Part shown: piece after piece, positions 1 to 11,915 of the stretch | Position numbering within the stretch: position 1 is the first letter of the stretch | How the letters are laid out: the number at the start of each line of letters is the position of its first letter | Assembly: GCA_002404465.1 (NCBI GenBank) | Contig: DHJT01000028.1 | Span: 14,712-78,711 of the forward strand | Source: Sutterella sp. UBA4713 | GTDB taxonomy: Bacteria; Pseudomonadota; Gammaproteobacteria; Burkholderiales; Burkholderiaceae_F | DNA: 64,000 nt | Direction of reading: 5' to 3' | Notes under the pieces: generated by a model | What the model was told of the DNA's origin: nothing | Seen by the model: only the letters and a program-made list of their open reading frames with translations | The model's database searches: none | Translations under genes and position numbers: made by a program

Positions 1-1014
1 AACATCAATAAATTCAACGCCTTTCCGTAGGTGACCTTTTAAAAACTCCATAGGGTCATACGGTGATTTTTCTTCCCTTGCGTCCTTAAGAAACAAAACG
101 ACGTCTGCGTTTTCGACGGCTTTTTTTGCCCGATCAACACCGAGAGCTTCAACAACATCAAGCGTGTCCCGGAGGCCCGCCGTGTCGGTTATCTTAACAA
201 GTAATCCGTCTAAAGTAACTTCACATTCAATCTTGTCTCGGGTTGTACCCGCTACATCCGTCACAATGGAAACATCTTGACCGGCTAAGGCATTCATCAG
301 GGAGCTTTTCCCGACATTAGGTTCGCCGACTAAAACGACACTCAGTCCGTCCCGCAAGGTCTTTCCGCGCATCGCACGTTTACGAATTTGCTCAAGTTCC
401 CCGAGCAACTCCCGTACACGCTCTCGAATATGACCCTGCTCAATAAAATCAACTTCTTCCTCAGGAAAATCGAGCGTCGCTTCGACGTAAGTCCTCAGGG
501 AGAGTAGGTTCCCATTGAGTTCGTTTATTTTTTGAGAGAAGACACCTTGTAGCGAACGAGCGGCAGCCCGGGCTGACGCAATGCTTCCTGCATCAATGAG
601 ATCTGCCACAGCTTCTGCCTGCGACAGGTCTAACCTTCCGTTCAAAAAAGCACGCTCTGTAAACTCACCAGGTCTTGCAAGACGAACACCAAAGCAGGAG
701 CCAGCCTCAAGAATTCGCTTAATCACTCGCTCGACAACCACTTGCCCTCCGTGCGATTGGAATTCCAAAACGGATTCTCCAGTGTACGAGTGCGGAGCAG
801 GGAAATAGAGAAGAATGATCTGATCGATGACCTCGCCGGAAGATTCCGTTAAACTCACCAAATGGGCGTGCCGATGTTGCAATGTCAGTGTCGGGAATAT
901 TGATTTCGCAATATGGAGTACATCTTTATCCTGACCGGAAAGACGAACTATGCCGATGCCTCCGCGACCGGAAGCACTGGCCCTAGCAGTAATCGGTTCA
1001 GTTTTCTGTAACAT
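1..1014 (-). CDS. mnmE: tRNA modification GTPase MnmE (TrmE); 3' end runs off the window
   Basis: Not in the ORF track; translated by hand from ATG at 1014: MLQKTEPITARASASGRGGIGIVRLSG...PHSYTGESVLEFQSHGG...RLARPGEFTERAFLNGRLDLSQAEAVADLI...GEPNVGKSSLMNAL...AGTTRD...DTAGLR. Canonical position downstream of yidC. Confidence 0.97.
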   Translation of the reverse strand, partial: MLQKTEPITARASASGRGGIGIVRLSGQDKDVLHIAKSIFPTLTLQHRHAHLVSLTESSGEVIDQIILLYFPAPHSYTGESVLEFQSHGGQVVVERVIKRILEAGSCFGVRLARPGEFTERAFLNGRLDLSQAEAVADLIDAGSIASARAAARSLQGVFSQKINELNGNLLSLRTYVEATLDFPEEEVDFIEQGHIRERVRELLGELEQIRKRAMRGKTLRDGLSVVLVGEPNVGKSSLMNALAGQDVSIVTDVAGTTRDKIECEVTLDGLLVKITDTAGLRDTLDVVEALGVDRAKKAVENADVVLFLKDAREEKSPYDPMEFLKGHLRKGVEFIDV

Positions 1015-1084
1015 GTTCTCTACTCAATTGATTTCTTGTAATTTTACTCAGTGAGGATTTACTCCTAAGACGCGTACTGCCACT

Positions 1085-1396
1085 ATGTCTCTACATCAAA
1101 AAAAATCATTCTTCGGAGCTCCCTTAGCCGGTGTCTGCCTTGCCATTGTCGTCTCTGTGCCGCTTAGTGCCTGTCTGGCAAGTTTTTGCGGCGACACATA
1201 CAACATGCGTGTCACAGTGTACGGCGGACTACTTCTTTGGATTGTAATCGGCGCTGTTAGTGTTTTTTTCCTCAGTCAGAACAGTCAACGATGTGCTCTG
1301 AATTTTCGCTGGTTTTTCCTTTGGTTTATCAGTACATGGCTTTGGCCCATTCCAGTCCTTATGGCCCTAAGAAGTCGCCTCCGTTCTACACACTGA
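1085..1396 (+). CDS. hypothetical small membrane protein (about 3 TM segments)
   Basis: 103-aa ATG ORF with three hydrophobic stretches. It fills the yidC-mnmE gap and is followed by a hairpin. Confidence 0.7.
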   Translation: MSLHQKKSFFGAPLAGVCLAIVVSVPLSACLASFCGDTYNMRVTVYGGLLLWIVIGAVSVFFLSQNSQRCALNFRWFFLWFISTWLWPIPVLMALRSRLRSTH

Positions 1397-1436
1397 AAGA
1401 AACAAACCCCATCAGGGCATTTCCTCCCTAATGGGG
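1396..1436. terminator. probable (bidirectional) intrinsic terminator between the small membrane ORF and yidC
   Basis: CCCCAT-CAGGG...CCCT-AATGGGG stem at 1407-1436. The A-rich 1396-1406 gives a U-rich tail on the minus strand. Confidence 0.6.
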
Positions 1437-1457
1437 CTTCATCCTCTAAAAAAGAGT

Positions 1458-3233
1458 TTACTTCTTTGTTTTTCGGCCTTTTTCAGGAATAATTTCCTTT
1501 TCATTCGCGGCTGCAATCCGTTTGGCTCGCTCTGCGGCAATCTGCCGATTGACATACCACTGCTGAGCAATGGAAAGGACGTTGTTTGTCAGCCAATACA
1601 GCACAAGGCCTGATGCGAAGAAGAAGAACATAACACCGAAGACAATCGGCATGATATACATAATCTTTTTTTGCATCGGATCCATCGGAGCCGGATTGAG
1701 CAACATCTGGAGTATCATCGTAATCATCATGATAGCGGGAAGAATAAGCCAACTATCGGGCATCGCCAGATCATCGACCCACAAAATCCATTCGGATCCG
1801 CGTAATTCCACGCTCGCCAAAAGCACCCAATACAGCGCTAAGAACACAGGAATTTGCAAAGCAATCGGTAGACACCCGCCGACAGGATTGATTTTTTCCT
1901 TCTTATAGAGCTCCATCATAGCTTGTTGCAGACGAGGCTTATCATTGCCGTATTGTTGCTGCAGAGCTTTCATTCTGGGCGTCACTTCCTTCATGCGAGC
2001 CATTGACTTGTATCCCGCTGCACTAATCGGATACAAAATCAGTTTAACCAGACACGTCAGAAGAACAATGGCCCAACCCCAGTTCCCGACTGCGTCGTAA
2101 AGTGCCTTCAAAACGGAGTAAATCGGTTTGGCCAGCATCGTTAACCAACCGTAGTCAACAACCAAATCCAATCCTGTTGCGATTTGAGCCAAACGAGCCT
2201 GATCCTGAGGTCCGACATATAAAACGGCATTTGTCGATGTCCAAGACTTCGGAGCGACAGATCCAATACGAACAATTGAACCGACGGCGTACAGATTCTT
2301 ATCGAGTTTGCGAGTATAAAACTCATGCTCGGTTTTTTTAGCTCCGGGAGCATCCGCCCACGCACTGACAAAATAGTGCTGAATCATCGCAATCCAGCCG
2401 TCATTTTCCCTCGCGACGGTTTCTGGCTTGTCCTCAATATCACTAAAGTCAATCTTCTTAAATTTCGTCTCGTTTGTGTAGATTGCCGGTCCCGTATAGG
2501 TGTAATACATAGAACTTTCACCCTCGGGTTTACCATCATCACGCGTTAATTGGTAGTAAACCGACGGGGAAATCTGTGTATCGCCGTTATTGATAATCTT
2601 ATGTGAAACATTAATACCGTAATGCTCTTGAAGAATTTCAAAGCTCTTTTCAACAGTCACATCACCGGTTCGAGCGGTAAACACAACAGTCTTTGTGGCT
2701 ACGGTCTTTTGATTTTTTCCATCACCGACAATCTTCGTACCTTCCTGAGTTCCGGAGTATTTAAACAGTGTCTTGTGATTAGGGAAATTCCCGCCGATTA
2801 AGCCGGTCTGAGCTACATAGGCGCGCGACGGAGAAACGTCAAACAATACAATGTTTCTCAGTTCAGGAGCCTTATTGCCGAGAATCTTTCCGATTAGCCC
2901 GACTTCCGTCCAATCGGCTTCCTGGCGTTCTTTGAGAAGTTCCGCACGTGTAATCACGGCACCACTTTCATCAAAGCGTAACTTAAACAAATCGCTGGAG
3001 ACTTCAATAGGTCGACTTGTCTGAATCACTCCGCTTGCAACAGCGTCGGCAATGGTTTGATTGGCAATCGCGTCCGAGGAAGCGGTTGACTTATCGGTGG
3101 CTGTCTGTTCTGCGACCGGCTCAGATCCGAACATAGACGGTTTTCCGTTATATACCTGCCAATTGTCATAGAGCATAAAGCAGGCAGCTGCAAGAACCAC
3201 CCAGAGAATAGTTCGCTGAAAATCGCTTCCCAT
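1458..3233 (-). CDS. yidC: membrane protein insertase YidC
   Basis: N-terminal TM, periplasmic domain, LDLVVDYGWL, GNWGWAIVLLT, KINPVGGCLPIALQIPVF and GLVLYWLTNN motifs. Confidence 0.98.
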   Translation of the reverse strand: MGSDFQRTILWVVLAAACFMLYDNWQVYNGKPSMFGSEPVAEQTATDKSTASSDAIANQTIADAVASGVIQTSRPIEVSSDLFKLRFDESGAVITRAELLKERQEADWTEVGLIGKILGNKAPELRNIVLFDVSPSRAYVAQTGLIGGNFPNHKTLFKYSGTQEGTKIVGDGKNQKTVATKTVVFTARTGDVTVEKSFEILQEHYGINVSHKIINNGDTQISPSVYYQLTRDDGKPEGESSMYYTYTGPAIYTNETKFKKIDFSDIEDKPETVARENDGWIAMIQHYFVSAWADAPGAKKTEHEFYTRKLDKNLYAVGSIVRIGSVAPKSWTSTNAVLYVGPQDQARLAQIATGLDLVVDYGWLTMLAKPIYSVLKALYDAVGNWGWAIVLLTCLVKLILYPISAAGYKSMARMKEVTPRMKALQQQYGNDKPRLQQAMMELYKKEKINPVGGCLPIALQIPVFLALYWVLLASVELRGSEWILWVDDLAMPDSWLILPAIMMITMILQMLLNPAPMDPMQKKIMYIMPIVFGVMFFFFASGLVLYWLTNNVLSIAQQWYVNRQIAAERAKRIAAANEKEIIPEKGRKTKK

Positions 3234-3295
3234 ACTTAATCCAATTAATATCTAGTGTTAAAAGCTACTGTCTCCGACCCGCTAAAGTCTTCAAA

Positions 3296-3556
3296 TCAGT
3301 TGCGAATATTGCCTGAATGCCGCCAAGGAAACCATTCAAACTGTTCCGGAACCGGGTCCAGACCGCGTCCGCCTAGAGGATGACACCGACCGAGTCGCAT
3401 CACTGTTAACCAGAGTCCCTTCAATGCCCCGAACCTCTCAAATGCCTCAATAGCATAATTTGAGCAGGTCGGAATATATCGACACTGCCAGCCAACCCAG
3501 CCTGAAAACGTCAGTTGGTAGAGTCTTACAAAAGCAATGAACACCTTTGCCATCAT
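3296..3556 (-). CDS. yidD: membrane protein insertion efficiency factor YidD
   Basis: [14 protein letters not shown]...[15 protein letters not shown]. Start placed at the ATG at 3556 (MMAKVF). Confidence 0.93.
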   Translation of the reverse strand: MMAKVFIAFVRLYQLTFSGWVGWQCRYIPTCSNYAIEAFERFGALKGLWLTVMRLGRCHPLGGRGLDPVPEQFEWFPWRHSGNIRN

Positions 3557-3567
3557 GACTCTTATCC

Positions 3568-4023
3568 TCAAACCGATCGCATCTTCCAAAGCAACCCTTC
3601 AAGACATTCCGTTGTCGCGTATCTAATCCGGTGTTTACAGTCTACAGTTCCAGTACGAGCACTTTCCCGGCGAAACGTTTCGCAAATTCGAAATACAACA
3701 TCCAAGCCCAGATTTTTTCTCAAGCACAGCTCTTTGAGTAGTGGCAGAGTAGGACGAATACACTCGCGCATTACTCGCTTTGCGAGTACCCGATCTACTG
3801 CACGTGGCACAAGGCGTTTTCCGACTGTAAGTCCGACTCTCACCTGCCCAATTTGCCGTGTAATCCGTGTTCGAACAGAGACTGCCCCTCGACGAAAACT
3901 CAACTGCGCTACTGAAAACCGAATGACCAGACCGAATTCTTCCGATCGAAGAATTCGCGCCGATCGCGGGAAACGAACTCTGACCTTGTTCCCGTTTTCG
4001 AGCATTTTCTGCGCATCCGGCAT
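3568..4023 (-). CDS. rnpA: ribonuclease P protein component
   Basis: [13 protein letters not shown] and [26 protein letters not shown] (diverged RNR motif). Lies between rpmH and yidD. Confidence 0.9.
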   Translation of the reverse strand: MPDAQKMLENGNKVRVRFPRSARILRSEEFGLVIRFSVAQLSFRRGAVSVRTRITRQIGQVRVGLTVGKRLVPRAVDRVLAKRVMRECIRPTLPLLKELCLRKNLGLDVVFRICETFRRESARTGTVDCKHRIRYATTECLEGLLWKMRSV

Positions 4024-4038
4024 CAAAGTCCTATTGCA

Positions 4039-4179
4039 TCAGAGCGCCAGCTTATGACGTCCCTTCGCACGGCGACGAGCAAGAACGAGGCGTCCGCCAC
4101 GAGTGCGAGAACGGACCAAAAAGCCGTGCGTACGAGCACGCTTGACCTTGGAGGGCTGATATGTACGCTTGGTAGCCAT
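4039..4179 (-). CDS. rpmH: 50S ribosomal protein L34
   Basis: [49 protein letters not shown] at 4179. Confidence 0.98.
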   Translation of the reverse strand: MATKRTYQPSKVKRARTHGFLVRSRTRGGRLVLARRRAKGRHKLAL

Positions 4180-4359
4180 AATATATTTACTTCCTGATAG
4201 ATAAAAACGACACAAAACGACGCCGGGAAAACGGATTCTCCCAGTGTCGCAAAATTCTTCTTTCGGAGCAGGGGACAACGAATCCCCACGTCTTGACGCG
4301 CACTGACCGGGCGTCACCCCCACGAAAAGCGCAATATTACACTCAATTGAGTACTTATT

Positions 4360-4560
4360 TGTCAAACTTTCCACGCTTTACTCAAAAAAAGAAAGCCATT
4401 TGCACATGTCTTTTTCCTATTCCGTTTTTTCTTATCCCAAGATTTAGTGAACTTTTCTCGTTTTTATCACAATGCATTGTGTTCTAAACAAAATTTGTAC
4501 TGTTTTTCAACAATGTACCCTGTGGATAACTTTTTTTCTCCCCTATAAAATCCCGACGTG
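4360..4560. promoter_or_regulatory. rpmH/dnaA divergent promoter region with DnaA box(es)
   Basis: Perfect box TGTGGATAA at 4521-4529 (reverse complement of TTATCCACA), degenerate TTTTCAACA at 4504-4512, and -10-like TATAAAAT at about 4544-4551. Confidence 0.75.
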
Positions 4561-4634
4561 GAACTTCACCCTTTTTGGATACTCAGGTGCAGCATTTCGC
4601 TTGCATCCGATTGTTTTTCTGTCGATTTTTTGCC

Positions 4635-6005
4635 ATGCCTTCTGAATTTTGGTCTCAGTGCCTTAATGAACTGAAAACCGAGTTCTCTTCGGAACTCTTT
4701 CATACGTGGTTCGCTGACCTTACGGTCGATGACACGTTGCTTGCTGATGACCAACTCAAAATTTTTGCTTCGTCGGCAGCAAAACTATCTGCTTTAAAGG
4801 CAGCTTATTCGCAAAAGCTTTCTGAAATCGTCAACCGTGTTGCCGGAAGAGCTATCACACTGACCTGGTGCGTCTCAAAAACTCCGGCTGTCACGTTGCC
4901 GATTGCCTCCTCAGTCGAGCAAGATAACAAAACTTCTTTCCCGTCGGCACAGATTAAATCTGGGCTTCTTCCGGATTTGACATTTGAAAATTTTGTTCAG
5001 GGAAAGGCTAACCAAATGGCGTTTGCTGCTGCTTTACAGGTTGCCAATAGTTCAGGAAAGCCTATCTACAACCCATTGATTATCTACGGTGGCGTCGGAT
5101 TGGGAAAAACACACCTGATGCACGCCATCGGTCATCAATTTCTGAAAAACAACCAATCGCGCCGTGTTTTGTGCATTTCAGCTCAACAATACCTTGAAGA
5201 GTTTACAGGTGTCATGCGCCTAATGAATGCCGACCCAAATCGATACTTTCAAGCCCTCCGCGATTTTGAAAACCGTTATCAGAACCTTGATATGCTTCTA
5301 ATCGATGATATTCAGGGTTTTGCAAATCGCAAAGGAACACAGGCAAGCTTCTTCCAGGTTTTCGAACACATGGTTCCGCATGGAAAGCAAATTGTCATGA
5401 CAAGCGATACCTTTCCGCGAGATCTTAAGGAATTACAGGAGCGTCTCTTAAGCCGCATCACTCAGGGTATTACTGTTGAAGTTGAACCTCCGGAACTAGA
5501 AATGCGTGTTCAGATTCTCTTAAACAAAGCAGAACGCTCGGGGTTATCGATGCCCGAAGACGTTGCCGAAGAGATTGCCAAACGTTTACGTAGCAACGTC
5601 CGAGAGCTCGAAGGAGCCGTTCAGCAGGTTTTAGCGTACACACACTTTCATAAAGTTCCCGTAACGCTTCAAACGATTTCCGAAGCCTTGCGCAACATTT
5701 TTCGCTCAAGCTCGGTACCAGTGACAATTGAGACAATTCAGGAGACGGTTTGCGATTACTTTAAAATCAAAAACTCTGATCTACTTTCCAAAAAACGCAC
5801 TGCAGCTGTTTCACATGCCCGACAAGTGGCAATGTATCTGGCAAAGGAACTTACGCAAAAAAGTTTGCCTGAAATCGGCGTTATGTTCGGTGGCAAAGAC
5901 CATACAACAGTCCTATATGCCTGCCGAAAAATTTCCTCATCGCGATCGACTGATAAGCAATTGCGTAACGACTTGCATATGCTCGAACAACGTATCAAAA
6001 GTTAA
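4635..6005 (+). CDS. dnaA: chromosomal replication initiator DnaA
   Basis: TFENFVQGKAN, YNPLIIYGGVGLGKTHL (Walker A), LLIDDIQ (Walker B), SNVRELEGA, SLPEIGVMFGGKDHTTVLYA. ATG at 4635 chosen over the upstream TTG. Confidence 0.99.
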   Translation: MPSEFWSQCLNELKTEFSSELFHTWFADLTVDDTLLADDQLKIFASSAAKLSALKAAYSQKLSEIVNRVAGRAITLTWCVSKTPAVTLPIASSVEQDNKTSFPSAQIKSGLLPDLTFENFVQGKANQMAFAAALQVANSSGKPIYNPLIIYGGVGLGKTHLMHAIGHQFLKNNQSRRVLCISAQQYLEEFTGVMRLMNADPNRYFQALRDFENRYQNLDMLLIDDIQGFANRKGTQASFFQVFEHMVPHGKQIVMTSDTFPRDLKELQERLLSRITQGITVEVEPPELEMRVQILLNKAERSGLSMPEDVAEEIAKRLRSNVRELEGAVQQVLAYTHFHKVPVTLQTISEALRNIFRSSSVPVTIETIQETVCDYFKIKNSDLLSKKRTAAVSHARQVAMYLAKELTQKSLPEIGVMFGGKDHTTVLYACRKISSSRSTDKQLRNDLHMLEQRIKS

Positions 6006-6225
6006 GTTGTCGTTTTTTCCAAAAACAGACGATTGCCCTATTTTTCGCATCCCTTTCATGACGAGAAAAAACGCTAATGCGGTTGTCTTATTTCCTTGTA
6101 TCCCGTTGTAAAATGGCGGATAGTGTTCCCGTTGCATAAAAGAAGCAAGCAATCGGGAGAAGGTACCGTATAAACGCAGACAAAGTCGGTGCTCTACATG
6201 GTCGGCTGTCAACTGGAGACTTTCT

Positions 6226-7335
6226 ATGCAATTTATTGAGTGCGGGCGAGAGGCACTTCTCAAACCGTTATCTGTCGTCGGAGGAATCATCGAGGGTCGC
6301 CAGACACTTCCGATTTTGGGCAACATTTTGGTAGAAAAAGACGGCCAGAATTTGACCTTTACGACAACGGATTTGGATATCCAGATTAAGACGCACGCCG
6401 CCATCGGAATCGGACCTGAGCAGTTAAAAGTCACAATTCCTGCCGCTAAGTTTATTTCCATTCTGAATGCTCTTCCGAAAACAGACAAAGATTTATCTGT
6501 GGTAGCGGAGGGCAAAAAAGTGATTCTTCTTGCCGATGCAAGTCGCTTTACCTTAACCCAGCTCAACGCCGACGAGTATCCTTCACTGCCGGCTATTGCC
6601 GAAGGACGTCAGTTTTCCCTACCGGCCTCAGCACTCAAGTACTTGTTACAGATGGTGCACTTTGCCATGGCGCAACAAGACATTCGTTATTACTTGAATG
6701 GGCTATTACTGGTGGTCGACAAAAACAAGGTGCGTACAGTGGCAACAGACGGGCATCGTTTGGCTTGCTGTGATGCAAATTGTGACATTGATTTTGATGA
6801 ACCTTTTGACGCGATTTTGCCGCGTAAAGCTGTCTTGCAATTAATGAAGTTATTGCCGGAAACCGATGAGCCTGTTGCTGTAGAAATTGGAAAAGACCTG
6901 GCGCGCTTTACTTTCGGCGATATCGAATTCCTCGCGAAGCTAATTGACGGAAAATTCCCTGATTACACCCGTGTCATTCCGACCAATAACGACAAAATGT
7001 TCTTAGTAAATCGAGAAAAATTAATCGGTGCATTGCGTCGTGCTGCAATTTTAGCAAATGAAAAATTCAAAGGTCTGCGCTGGCTTGTCACACAAGGCCA
7101 TCTTCAAATCCAGAGTATTAACTCAGATATGGAAGAGGCTGTTGAAAACATCGATATTGATTACACAGGCGAAGATCTTGATTTAGGCTTTAACGTGACC
7201 TATCTACTTGATGTTCTCGGTAATCTGCGAAACTCCGATGTTCGATTCTCGTTCTCCACATCACAAGCAGCAACGCTCCTGACGATGCCCGAGAGCGAAC
7301 AGTTCCGTTACGTTCTGATGCCGATGCGCATCTAG
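6226..7335 (+). CDS. dnaN: DNA polymerase III beta clamp
   Basis: TLPILGNIL, AMAQQDIRYYLNG, VATDGHRLA, LIDGKFPDY, YVLMPMRI; GGAG RBS. Confidence 0.99.
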   Translation: MQFIECGREALLKPLSVVGGIIEGRQTLPILGNILVEKDGQNLTFTTTDLDIQIKTHAAIGIGPEQLKVTIPAAKFISILNALPKTDKDLSVVAEGKKVILLADASRFTLTQLNADEYPSLPAIAEGRQFSLPASALKYLLQMVHFAMAQQDIRYYLNGLLLVVDKNKVRTVATDGHRLACCDANCDIDFDEPFDAILPRKAVLQLMKLLPETDEPVAVEIGKDLARFTFGDIEFLAKLIDGKFPDYTRVIPTNNDKMFLVNREKLIGALRRAAILANEKFKGLRWLVTQGHLQIQSINSDMEEAVENIDIDYTGEDLDLGFNVTYLLDVLGNLRNSDVRFSFSTSQAATLLTMPESEQFRYVLMPMRI

Positions 7336-7414
7336 ACGAAAATCGGTGTTTTATTTTTAGTTCTTAAGCGCCAACGAAACGAATCTCATCTTCGTTGGCG
7401 CTGAGATTCTATAG

Positions 7415-10000
<2,586 letters not shown>

Positions 10001-10011
10001 GAGGCAAATGC

Positions 10012-10935
10012 ATGGCGTCGAACAGTGAGCAGTTGATTGTTGCAGTTTCTTCTCGCGCATTGTTTGATCTTGAAATGGAGCACCGACTTTTTGAGGAAGC
10101 CGGTATTGAGGCTTATCGCAAGTATCAAACCGAACACAAGGACGATCCACTAAAACCAGGCGTGGCCTATCCTTTTGTTCGGCGTTTGTTGATGCTCAAT
10201 AAGATTTATGGACCGGAGTCATTCAAAGTCATAGTCATCAGCCGAAATTCGCCTGAAACGGGACAACGGTTCTTTTCCTCGTGTCGATACTACAACCTAC
10301 CGATTAAAGCCGGCGCCTTTACCTCCGGACAATCTACGTTTCCGTATCTTTCCGCCTACGGAGCCTCCCTGTTTTTAAGTGCAAATAAAGAAAATGTCAT
10401 TTGCGCCATTCGCCAAGGCCTTCCTGCGGGCCTTGTACTTCCGACGGGATTATCGCAACAGGAATCAGACACCGAAAACGAATTGAGGATTGCATTCGAT
10501 TTTGACGGTGTTATTGTTGATGACGAATCAGAGAAAGCTTTTAAGAAAGAAGGATTAGCAGGCTTTGAACGCTTTGAACAGCGGCTAAAAACAACGCCGC
10601 ACGCTCCAGGTCCCTTACATCAATTATTTAAAAAACTAGCTCGGTTTCAAGACATAGATGAAAAATTAGGGCAGGGAAATCCTTACTACAAGTCCAATAT
10701 TCGCGTCGCTATTGTCACAGCTCGTGGAGCTCCGAGTGAACAGCGGTTGATTACAACACTTCGCTCATTCGGAATGCGAGCCGCTGAATTATTTTTGTTG
10801 GACGGTATGCCTAAAGCTGGTGTTTTAGAAGCATTTCGTCCGCATATCTTTTTTGATGACCAAATTCGGCATTTAGAGTGCACGAAGCAAATAGTCCCTA
10901 GTGTTCTGATTCCGTTTGGGGTGCGTAATGAGTAG
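10012..10935 (+). CDS. 5'-nucleotidase (cN-I-like HAD family)
   Basis: LIVAVSSRALFDL, LFLSAN, LRIAFDFDGVI, IVTARGAPS, PHIFFDDQ; GAGG RBS 11 nt after the gyrB stop. Confidence 0.88.
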   Translation: MASNSEQLIVAVSSRALFDLEMEHRLFEEAGIEAYRKYQTEHKDDPLKPGVAYPFVRRLLMLNKIYGPESFKVIVISRNSPETGQRFFSSCRYYNLPIKAGAFTSGQSTFPYLSAYGASLFLSANKENVICAIRQGLPAGLVLPTGLSQQESDTENELRIAFDFDGVIVDDESEKAFKKEGLAGFERFEQRLKTTPHAPGPLHQLFKKLARFQDIDEKLGQGNPYYKSNIRVAIVTARGAPSEQRLITTLRSFGMRAAELFLLDGMPKAGVLEAFRPHIFFDDQIRHLECTKQIVPSVLIPFGVRNE

Positions 10936-10939
10936 GGAA

Positions 10940-11200
10940 ATTCTGTTGTTGATAGATAAATTTTAAAAAATAAAAAAATAGTAGTAACAATAAGTAGCAA
11001 AGAATCTGTGGAAAACATCAAAAAAGTCAAAGGTTTCATAAAATTAGGTAAAGAACATCTCTCTGAATAACTTTTGTAAACCTTGTGAGGCAAACTGAAG
11101 ATCATGTGAAGAAAATTGACGGACTACGATCAATCAATGGTGTTGATGTGGACAAACCGGAGCTTTTCACAGCGAACTCACAGAGTTATTCAGATAAAAC
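10940..11200. other. candidate chromosomal replication origin (oriC)
   Basis: Very AT-rich 10951-10980; trio-like run TAG TAG TAA CAA TAA at 10979-10993. DnaA-box-like 9-mers TGTGGAAAA 11007-11015, TCTGAATAA 11062-11070, TGTGAAGAA 11105-11113, TGTGGACAA 11147-11155, CTTTTCACA 11163-11171 and TTATTCAGA 11186-11194. Confidence 0.75.
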
Positions 11201-11210
11201 GGGGAAAAAT

Positions 11211-11876
11211 ATGAAAAAAACAATTTACTGCGTTGCACTAGCGTGCTTTATTACCGGAACGGTATTGAGCGGATGTACGGCCGTCGCCATCGGCGGAGCT
11301 ACGTATGCGACAACAACGGCTGTCGGCACAATTATCGATCGGAGAACAACCGGAACGATTGTTGACGATGAATTATTAGAAAAGAAAATTTCATATGAAA
11401 TCAGCAACGAACTCGGTAAATCGGTCAATAGCCACATAACTGTGACTTGCTACAACCGACGAGTTCTTCTAACAGGAGAGATTTCCAGTCAACATGCGCA
11501 ATCAATTGCTTCGAAAGTGGCAGCCGAAAGCACAGGGGTCCGTGAAGTCATTAATGAGTTGCGGGTTCAGGATAATGCTGGGATCTTCGAGCGAATGGGA
11601 GATTCGACCTTAGCGACTAAAGTGCGTACTCGCATTGTTGCCAATCAAAAAGTAGAACTTAACCAAATGAAAATCGCCGTCGATCGCGGCATTGTTTACA
11701 TCATCGGAATTCTTACAGCCCAGGAAAATAAGACGGCTTGTGAAATTGCAGCTTCGACATCTGGTGTTGTTCGGGTTGTTTCGTGCGCGGAAATCGTGAC
11801 ACCTGAACAGGTTCAAGAACAAATGCGCCAATTGCAGAATAACCAAAACAAGGCTTCTGGTGACATACCTCAGTGA
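11211..11876 (+). CDS. dual BON-domain lipoprotein (DolP/YraP-like)
   Basis: ATG at 11211 (MKKTIY), lipobox LSGC, DRRTTGTIVDD, VLLTGE, and a second BON repeat DSTLATKVR. The longer upstream ORF extension runs through the oriC candidate and is rejected. Confidence 0.88.
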   Translation: MKKTIYCVALACFITGTVLSGCTAVAIGGATYATTTAVGTIIDRRTTGTIVDDELLEKKISYEISNELGKSVNSHITVTCYNRRVLLTGEISSQHAQSIASKVAAESTGVREVINELRVQDNAGIFERMGDSTLATKVRTRIVANQKVELNQMKIAVDRGIVYIIGILTAQENKTACEIAASTSGVVRVVSCAEIVTPEQVQEQMRQLQNNQNKASGDIPQ

Positions 11877-11915
11877 GTCCGGGCAGAAAATTCTCAAACA
11901 ATCGTTGCGTGTAAG

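Noticed and set aside
4360..4560. rpmH-dnaA spacer as the sole oriC
   Set aside because: No trio-like DUE next to the boxes, and spot-checked skew stays C-rich to its right. Kept only as a regulatory or auxiliary site.
4550..4570. parS-like half site CGTGGAAC
   Set aside because: Only half of the TGTTTCACGTGAAACA palindrome is matched.
11085..11210. 42-codon N-terminal extension of the BON protein in the ORF track
   Set aside because: It runs through the DnaA-box cluster, and the lipoprotein signal peptide begins at the ATG at 11211.
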